A stretch of DNA of 64,000 bases from an uncultured Candidatus Saccharibacteria bacterium (GTDB lineage: Bacteria > Patescibacteriota > Minisyncoccia > Phycocordibacterales > UBA12088): positions 41,530 through 105,529 of the forward strand of contig CAYPBQ010000003.1 in the NCBI GenBank assembly GCA_964409035.1. The letters are read 5' to 3'. The notes under the pieces were generated by a model. The model worked only from the letters and a program-made list of their open reading frames with translations. It had not been told where the DNA came from and did not search any database. Positions 57,693 to 64,000 of this stretch are shown in pieces. The position numbers were made by a program, and so were the translations under genes. Within the stretch, counting starts at the first letter, position 1. Each line of letters starts with the position of its first letter.

Positions 57693-59405
57693 ATGAGAAG
57701 AGTGTTTTTGGTGAGAGTTCGCATTATACTCGTCTGTGTCATAGTGTTTGCACTTTTGATAATTGGAAGACTCTACCATGTGCAGATTATAAAAGGAGAA
57801 GAATACACCGATCGTGCCGAGCGCCAATATCTGCGCCCAGGCAAAAATTTGTTTGATAGAGGTTCCATCTTTTTTACCAACAAAGATGGAAGCGAGGTAT
57901 CTGCTGCTACTATAAAACGAGGATTTAGTATTGCACTTGATCCACGCGCGCTAGAGCATCCTGACGAGGCGTATTATATGCTCAAAGACTACCTTCCGCT
58001 TGATGAAGAAGGCTTTTTAACCAGCGCAGCAAAGCGAAATGATGCCTATGAAGAAATAGCTCATAAAGTAGAAGCTGATATTGGCAGCAAGATCAAAGAG
58101 CGAAAGGTGGATGGGGTTAATGTAATACGAGAACAGTGGCGATACTATCCTGGCAATTCACTTGCATCGCATGTTGTTGGCTTTGTTGGTTATGATGGTG
58201 ACAATCGAGTGGGTATGTATGGATTGGAGAGAAAATTTAATGACGTACTTACCAGAGACGGTAAGGGTGCCTCTCTTAACTTTTTTGCTGAACTATTTAC
58301 CTCATTAGGAGAAACGTTGTTTGAGTCAGATACCGAGCGAGACGGTGATTTAGTACTTACCATCGAACCTACAGTACAACTTACACTTGAAGATACGCTA
58401 CACGATATTAAAGAAGAGTGGGGATCAAAGACAATCGGTGGCATCATCATAAATCCAAAGACAGGAGAAATATATGCAATGGCAGCGTACCCCACGTATA
58501 ACCTCAACGAATACGGTGCAGTAGATGATCCAGTTGTTTATAAAAACCCATTGGTTGAAAATGTGTACGAGATGGGATCTATTATCAAGCCACTTACCAT
58601 GGCGGCTGGTATTGATGCGGGTGCGGTAGCTCCTACAACTACCTACTATGATGGCGGTACGCTCACGCTTGACGGCTATACTATTTCAAACTTTGACGGA
58701 AAGGGAAGAGGTACCGTGAGTATGCAAGAAGTGTTAAGTCAATCACTTAACACTGGTGTTGCATACGTGGTTGATAAAATGGGACATGAAGCATTTAAAC
58801 GCTACATGCTAGGCTACGGACTTGGTACCACAACCGGTATAGACCTTCCTAATGAATCTTCAGGCATTATCACCAATCTTACCTCGCCAAGGTCAATCGA
58901 GTACGCCACCGCATCATTTGGACAGGGTATTGCGCTTACCCCCATTCAAACTGTTTCTGCGCTTTCTGTGCTTGCTAATGGAGGTACTCGTATTACCCCT
59001 CATGTGGTAAAGGCAATAGACTACAAAGCCTTTCCCACGATGGAAACAACCCCAAAAACAGGTGAACAAGTACTCTCCCTTAGTACCAGTCTCACTATTT
59101 CGCGCATGCTAGTTGAGGTGGTAGACAAAGCACTACGAAACGGCGAGGTAAAAAAAGAGCACTATAGTATAGCGGCAAAAACCGGTACCGCGCAGATTGC
59201 CAAGTCTGGAGCTCGCGGCTACTATGACGACAGGTACCTTCATTCATTCTTTGGATACTTTCCTGCCTATGATCCTACATTTCTGGTATTCTTATTCCAT
59301 ACAGAGCCAGTTGGCGCCAGGTATTCATCAGAAACCCTTACAAAACCATTTATTGACCTTACTGACTTTCTCATTAATTACTACGAAGTGCCACCAGATA
59401 GGTAA
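57693..59405 (+). CDS. ftsI: Penicillin-binding protein 3 / FtsI
   Basis: RGSIF, SIIK, SLN, KTG; dcw cluster position. Confidence 0.9.
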   Translation: MRRVFLVRVRIILVCVIVFALLIIGRLYHVQIIKGEEYTDRAERQYLRPGKNLFDRGSIFFTNKDGSEVSAATIKRGFSIALDPRALEHPDEAYYMLKDYLPLDEEGFLTSAAKRNDAYEEIAHKVEADIGSKIKERKVDGVNVIREQWRYYPGNSLASHVVGFVGYDGDNRVGMYGLERKFNDVLTRDGKGASLNFFAELFTSLGETLFESDTERDGDLVLTIEPTVQLTLEDTLHDIKEEWGSKTIGGIIINPKTGEIYAMAAYPTYNLNEYGAVDDPVVYKNPLVENVYEMGSIIKPLTMAAGIDAGAVAPTTTYYDGGTLTLDGYTISNFDGKGRGTVSMQEVLSQSLNTGVAYVVDKMGHEAFKRYMLGYGLGTTTGIDLPNESSGIITNLTSPRSIEYATASFGQGIALTPIQTVSALSVLANGGTRITPHVVKAIDYKAFPTMETTPKTGEQVLSLSTSLTISRMLVEVVDKALRNGEVKKEHYSIAAKTGTAQIAKSGARGYYDDRYLHSFFGYFPAYDPTFLVFLFHTEPVGARYSSETLTKPFIDLTDFLINYYEVPPDR

Positions 59406-59413
59406 TTCACTAT

Positions 59414-60712
59414 ATGCCAGCTAAAGACATTTTTAGAAAAATTATATTGCTCATTATTACCACAGAGGCAAAGCTCATTCTAAAGAAGTATAAGCCAAAG
59501 ATAGTGGCGGTTGCAGGAAGTGTAGGCAAGACCTCTACCAAGGATGCGGTGTACACCGCGCTTTCAAGCACCTTTCATACACGAAAAAGCGAAAAGAGTT
59601 TTAACAGCGATTTTGGCGTACCCCTTACCATACTTGGAGTAGGGAATGGATGGTACGACCCAGTAGTGTGGATCAAAAATATTTTGATTGGTCTCAATCT
59701 TCTTATTTTCAGAGAAAAGTATCCCGAGTGGCTAGTGCTTGAGATTGGTGCTGATAGGCCAGGTGATATTGCCTCGCTTATGTCATGGATACAACCACAT
59801 ATTAGCGTCCTCACCCGATTTCCTGAGGTGCCAGTGCATGTAGAATTTTTTTCTTCACCAGAGGAACTTCATCAAGAGGATTTTCTCATTGCTGATACGC
59901 TACCTGCTGATGGGGTGCTTGTTATTAACGAGGACGACGAACTACAACGTGCTCATGAGATAAAGTCACCAGCAACAGTTATCAGGTATGGATTTTCATC
60001 ACATGCAGAGGTGCGTGGCTCTGGGGTACAGCTACGCTACACCGACAAACAGGTGCGTGGCGTGGCATTTAGAATCCGTGAGAGTGATCATAAGGCTGAG
60101 GTCATTGAAGTTGAAGGTTCGCTTGGCATTCAGCATGCATACCCAATACTTGCCGCCTTTGCGGTAGGGAAGGCGCTCGCGATACCCTTTGATACATTGC
60201 AACAAGCATTTACATCATATGATCCACCGCGAGGAAGGATGCGCATAATCAAGGGAATTAAGCATTCTATTATCATTGATGACACATACAACTCTTCTCC
60301 AATAGCAGTCGAGCATGCACTTGCTACACTTAGTGATGTAGTCGCGCAGGGGAGAAAAATCGCAATCCTAGGTGATATGCTCGAGCTTGGCGAATACTCC
60401 GTAGAGGCGCACAAAGAAGCGGGTAGACAAGTGGCTAAAGTAGTAGATGAGCTGTATACCGTGGGTATACGTGCGCGCATGATTGCTACAAGCGCTCATG
60501 AAAGCGGACTTGCTATTGAACATATTCACTCTTTTGATGATGCAATTGCATGCGCAAATGCGCTTGAGACATCAATTGCCCATGGCGATGTAGTTTTAAT
60601 AAAAGGATCACAATCAATACGACTTGAAAAAGCCGTAGAAGAACTAATGCAAGAACCAGAGAAAAAAGCAGAGCTACTTGTACGCCAAGATTCTGCTTGG
60701 CTTGACAAATAA
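59414..60712 (+). CDS. murF: UDP-N-acetylmuramoyl-tripeptide--D-Ala-D-Ala ligase
   Basis: GSVGKTSTK, DDTYNSSP, LGDMLELG, IKGS. Confidence 0.95.
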   Translation: MPAKDIFRKIILLIITTEAKLILKKYKPKIVAVAGSVGKTSTKDAVYTALSSTFHTRKSEKSFNSDFGVPLTILGVGNGWYDPVVWIKNILIGLNLLIFREKYPEWLVLEIGADRPGDIASLMSWIQPHISVLTRFPEVPVHVEFFSSPEELHQEDFLIADTLPADGVLVINEDDELQRAHEIKSPATVIRYGFSSHAEVRGSGVQLRYTDKQVRGVAFRIRESDHKAEVIEVEGSLGIQHAYPILAAFAVGKALAIPFDTLQQAFTSYDPPRGRMRIIKGIKHSIIIDDTYNSSPIAVEHALATLSDVVAQGRKIAILGDMLELGEYSVEAHKEAGRQVAKVVDELYTVGIRARMIATSAHESGLAIEHIHSFDDAIACANALETSIAHGDVVLIKGSQSIRLEKAVEELMQEPEKKAELLVRQDSAWLDK

Positions 60713-60754
60713 TCGCAAGTAACGACAATTGCTACAGCAACATGGAGGTTTGGT

Positions 60755-61024
60755 ATGTCTAACGACACCAAGAATAAAGTTATAGAGATATTAAAAAGCG
60801 TTCAAAGGATTAAGAGAGGCAGAAAGCCGTACCAAAAATTGGGAATAATAAGGAAGGGAGAAGTGGTGCAGATTGTAATCGGCCATAGCGCCTTCCGCGG
60901 CATTGCTATGTGGGATAGTAATAGGGGATTTGTCACAGTTAGATATGTGGGTTTTTCAGGTGAAGCAGAAACAAGACCAATCCGTTTACGTCATGTACGT
61001 AGAGTGGAAGAAGAAACGAAATAA
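60755..61024 (+). CDS. Hypothetical basic small protein
   Basis: 89-aa ORF with GGAGG upstream and its own terminator. Confidence 0.55.
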   Translation: MSNDTKNKVIEILKSVQRIKRGRKPYQKLGIIRKGEVVQIVIGHSAFRGIAMWDSNRGFVTVRYVGFSGEAETRPIRLRHVRRVEEETK

Positions 61025-61044
61025 AACCATGTATGAAGGTAGCG

Positions 61045-61072
61045 TGAAAGGGTCAATTCGTTGACCCTTTCA
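61045..61072. terminator. Intrinsic terminator with UUCG loop
   Basis: TGAAAGGGTCAA-TTCG-TTGACCCTTTCA. Confidence 0.8.
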
Positions 61073-61116
61073 TTTGTTGCATTTACTGCCATTTTCCTCC
61101 ATAATCGTAACTACTT

Positions 61117-61191
61117 GGCCCTATCGTCTAACGGTTAGGACGGAGCCTTCTCAAGGCTTAAATCGGGGTTCGATTCCCCGTAGGGTCACCA
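61117..61191 (+). tRNA. tRNA-Glu(CTC) with encoded CCA
   Basis: GGCCCTA/TAGGGTC acceptor stem, GAGCC-TTCTCAA-GGCTT anticodon arm, GGTTCGATTCC T-arm. Confidence 0.95.
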
Positions 61192-61235
61192 ATTAGAGAA
61201 CTAGTTCGAGCACTCGAGAAGGCTCGGATTTAGAG

Positions 61236-61270
61236 GAAAAGAGTAGGTCTGTATAAGATCTACTCTTTTC
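61236..61270. terminator. Terminator downstream of tRNA-Glu
   Basis: GAAAAGAGTAGGTCT-GTATA-AGATCTACTCTTTTC. Confidence 0.75.
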
Positions 61271-61348
61271 GTATTATGTACGCATCAGGTGACCAAGAAC
61301 TCTGCTCGGCTACAAGCTCCCTTTATACATTATCCCTCTTTCACTAGG

Positions 61349-61942
61349 CAAACTGTGGCGTCGCTTCGGAACGGCGACGGACAATTGCGGAGTATGTTTT
61401 CCATACAGGCATACTTGTTCTACATTCGCTCACATTGAATTTTGAAACCACGTACTTGCATTTACGATAATATGGCTATAAATAAGGACTTAGGTAATAA
61501 ATATCTGCAAATGATAAGGAACAAAACCTAATTAAGAACAAGATACGTTCGTGGAGTTTCACCTCCGACCGTTTGCTGGCCTGTTCCATTTCCGTACTTT
61601 TGGCTCCAAGACGTCGGATATATGCTTAAATATAAGGGTATTGTTTAAAGTATTACGACCAAACTGTGGCGTCGCTTCGGAACGGCGACGGACAATTGCG
61701 GAGTATGTTTTCCATACAGGCATACTTGTTCTACATTCGCTCACATTGAATTTTGAAACCACGTACTTGCATTTACGATAATATGGCTATAAATAAGGAC
61801 TTAGGTAATAAATATCTGCAAATGATAAGGAACAAAACCTAATTAAGAACAAGATACGTTCGTGGAGTTTCACCTCCGACCGTTTGCTGGCCTGTTCCAT
61901 TTCCGTACTTTTGGCTCCAAGACGTCGGATATATGCTTAAAT
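61349..61942. repeat. Two identical 283-bp direct repeats (61349-61631, 61660-61942) separated by a unique 28-bp spacer
   Basis: Base-by-base comparison; spacer ATAAGGGTATTGTTTAAAGTATTACGAC. Confidence 0.95.
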
Positions 61943-62061
61943 TCTAGTTTTCTTCTCTAAAAGAAGCACTTTACTGCTGATGTTGTTATTTGCTGAGGAT
62001 GTACTTGCGCCTTAAAAGCATTTCTGTATAATAAAGATGTAACCCATTAACCATTTTATAT

Positions 62062-62457
62062 ATGAACACGACACCTAACCCTCTAGACGCACTTCTTACT
62101 GATGATGCAGCAACAAACCGCGAACAGTTGGCAGCATTGGTTGGACCATTCGTAAAAATCGTAAAGGATTCAAAGGAGTTTGAATTTCTCCCCGCTTTCT
62201 CCAAGCTCGATAACAGCTCAAAGGTAGAAATCATGTTGGCCGCTAGTAAGGCTCGCGCACTTCTCTTTGATGAAACCGACGGCCTTGCCCCTTCCGAAAT
62301 CATCGCGACGCAGGTGATGACTGAGGGTTCAACAAAATCGGCGATCAAAAGTCTTTTTGATGGACGCAAGATCAAGAAGAACAAGGAAGGTAAAAAATAC
62401 ATTTTGCCACCCTACCGTATTCCCGAGCTTGTTGAAAAATTTATCAAAAGTAACTAA
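62062..62457 (+). CDS. Hypothetical protein, probable C-terminal winged-helix
   Basis: GLAPSEI...TEGSTKSAIKSL...KKYIL wHTH-like pattern. Confidence 0.75.
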   Translation: MNTTPNPLDALLTDDAATNREQLAALVGPFVKIVKDSKEFEFLPAFSKLDNSSKVEIMLAASKARALLFDETDGLAPSEIIATQVMTEGSTKSAIKSLFDGRKIKKNKEGKKYILPPYRIPELVEKFIKSN

Positions 62458-62466
62458 TACACACTT

Positions 62467-62844
62467 ATGGAAACAAATGAACAACGTATATCTGCATTGG
62501 AATCCCGCGTAAAAACACTTGAAGCACTGATCCTTAATGCCGATGCTCCCACAGTAAACGTAAATAGGAAGGAAAAGACCCTTCGAGAAATCATAAAAGG
62601 AAAGAAATTTAATGGGCAGGAGCAGGTTGCTGCTATCGTTGGCTATCACGAAAAGATTCTCGGTCAGGCTGTTCACAAAAATGAGATCAAAAATGCATGG
62701 CAGGAAGCAAAAATGAATGGAAAGTACGCAGCCATCTATCTGACCCGAGCGCAAAAAGACGCGCTTGTACGTATTCTTGCTGATGACACATGTGACCTTA
62801 CTCAAACTGGAGAAGATTTTTTTGACGGATTACTAACTAATTAA
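62467..62844 (+). CDS. Hypothetical protein, N-terminal coiled coil + winged-helix-like domain
   Basis: RISALESRVKTLE coiled coil; EIKNAWQEA and LTQTGEDF wing. Confidence 0.75.
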   Translation: METNEQRISALESRVKTLEALILNADAPTVNVNRKEKTLREIIKGKKFNGQEQVAAIVGYHEKILGQAVHKNEIKNAWQEAKMNGKYAAIYLTRAQKDALVRILADDTCDLTQTGEDFFDGLLTN

Positions 62845-62851
62845 AATTGAT

Positions 62852-63442
62852 ATGGAATCAGAAGAAATAAAAAAGAATATCTCCTTGGCGCTCGAGGCTG
62901 TCGAAGAGATGCAGGACAAAGAACTGAAGGCTGTTGCTTTCAGTGTTGTGCTTGAACAGATGCTTATAACATCACTTCCAGATCAGAATAAGGTCCATAC
63001 TCCAAGTAAAGCGCCCCTAAGAAATGACGTTGTTCCGAGCTTGTCACCGACCATTAGGATGTCTCCGGCTTTGAGTTCCTTGCCTATTACACAGGAGCAA
63101 CTATCAGAAATTTATGAAGTGAATGGTGATGAGCTCAGATTGCGAGTAAAGGTAAATGATGTGAAGAATTCAGAGCAGCAACGGAAGCTTGCGCAAGCTA
63201 TGCTTTTTGGCTACAAAGTGCTCCTTGATGAAAAGGACGTAAAGGGCTCAAAATTGCTTATTACTGCAAAAGAATGGGATATCCCTACTGATCATTTCGT
63301 GAAGAACATCAAGGGTAATAAGAAAAATCCAAACAAGTACGTAGATATCCGAAATACTGGTAAGGGAAAAGATCCAATCTTTTCCCTTAGACCAGGAGCT
63401 CTCAATAAACTGGTAGACGAAGTGAAGGCGCTCGCTTCCTAG
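62852..63442 (+). CDS. Hypothetical protein, possible winged-helix C-terminus
   Basis: 196-aa ORF tightly spaced in the operon; N-terminal ELKAVAFSVVLEQML helix. Confidence 0.7.
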   Translation: MESEEIKKNISLALEAVEEMQDKELKAVAFSVVLEQMLITSLPDQNKVHTPSKAPLRNDVVPSLSPTIRMSPALSSLPITQEQLSEIYEVNGDELRLRVKVNDVKNSEQQRKLAQAMLFGYKVLLDEKDVKGSKLLITAKEWDIPTDHFVKNIKGNKKNPNKYVDIRNTGKGKDPIFSLRPGALNKLVDEVKALAS

Positions 63443-63450
63443 CTTTTACT

Positions 63451-64000
63451 ATGAATCCTCTAGTACAACACCTAAAGAATCTGCCGAATGATCTAGTTAC
63501 CGCACTACAGACGGAATTTCAAAAACTGCATCAGCAATATTTTCTCGGGAAGTGGGAGCCGGCCCAACTAAACGGAGGACGCTTTGGTGAAGCAGTTTTG
63601 CGCATCGTGGAGTATAAAGACACCAATAAGTTCACACCTGTAGGCACTCAATTGAACCGTAAGCAAATAGTAAATAGCGTTGCACAAAATACGGCACTTC
63701 CAAAATCATTGCGACTTCAGATACCAACACTCGCAGAACTGGTTATGGATTTTCGTAATGATAGGAATGTGGGACATCTTGGGACAATTGACGTTAACGA
63801 GATGGATTCTGCCTTTGTACTCAATGCAACTAATTGGATCGTGGCTGAGCTAATTCGACTAGAGACACAGATGAGTCCATCTGATGCTCAAGCAGAGATC
63901 AAGAAGATCATCGAGCGAAAAGTACCAATTGTCGAGGAAATAGGGGGTCGCTTGAAATGTCTAAATCCGAAATTAGACGCAAAGACCAAAGCTGTGGTTT
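63451..64000 (+). CDS. HEPN-motif protein (3'-truncated by window edge)
   Basis: Manual translation MNPLVQHLKNLP...GGRFGEAVLR...FRNDRNVGHLG...; Rx6H motif with upstream Glu; missing from the ORF track because there is no stop. Confidence 0.7.
   Translation, partial: MNPLVQHLKNLPNDLVTALQTEFQKLHQQYFLGKWEPAQLNGGRFGEAVLRIVEYKDTNKFTPVGTQLNRKQIVNSVAQNTALPKSLRLQIPTLAELVMDFRNDRNVGHLGTIDVNEMDSAFVLNATNWIVAELIRLETQMSPSDAQAEIKKIIERKVPIVEEIGGRLKCLNPKLDAKTKAVV

Noticed and set aside
61347-61400. c-di-GMP-I riboswitch (GGCAAAC start)
   Set aside because: The GAAA tetraloop, CGCAAA and receptor elements are absent; the GG is not in the second copy
61632-61659. Spacer matches within the window (ATAAGGGTAT in dnaG; TTTAAAGTATT near 6892 reverse)
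   Set aside because: Only 10-11 nt AT-rich matches, compatible with chance in 64 kb
61551-61781. ORFs of 76 aa (+) and 67 aa (-) across the repeat junction
   Set aside because: They exist only by spanning the duplication junction and have no protein-like features
61349-61942. CRISPR array
   Set aside because: The repeat is 283 bp with only two copies, and no cas genes are in the window

Overview
This looks like a chromosomal window from a small-genome bacterium. The gene content suggests Patescibacteria/CPR (Parcubacteria-like): helicase-degenerate PriA, compact core genes, few Shine-Dalgarno sites and many apparently leaderless starts. That taxonomy is inference. Most of the window is housekeeping: rpoC-dnaG-rpoD, hisS, truB, ung, fmt/def, priA, murA, two mreB, mreC, PBP2, frr, rseP, proS, greA, lysS and mraZ-rsmH-ftsL-ftsI-murF. 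There is also a lexA-dinB-type SOS cassette. Two accessory regions stand out. (1) An ~8.5 kb element (about 29214-37738) is integrated at the 3' end of tRNA-Asn(GTT) by a large serine recombinase. Its attP lies inside the recombinase ORF, so excision would swap the enzyme's C-terminus. It carries an AlwI-like type IIS R-M locus whose first methyltransferase is fused to an intact LexA, plus a terminase-small-subunit-like gene and two highly structured non-coding segments. (2) An island starting after tRNA-Glu(CTC) has two identical 283-bp non-coding repeats separated by a unique 28-bp spacer. These are followed by three small winged-helix-like proteins and a HEPN-motif protein that runs off the window. 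Several unannotated microproteins and candidate ncRNAs were also read from the sequence. All protein family calls come from motif recognition, not database searches.
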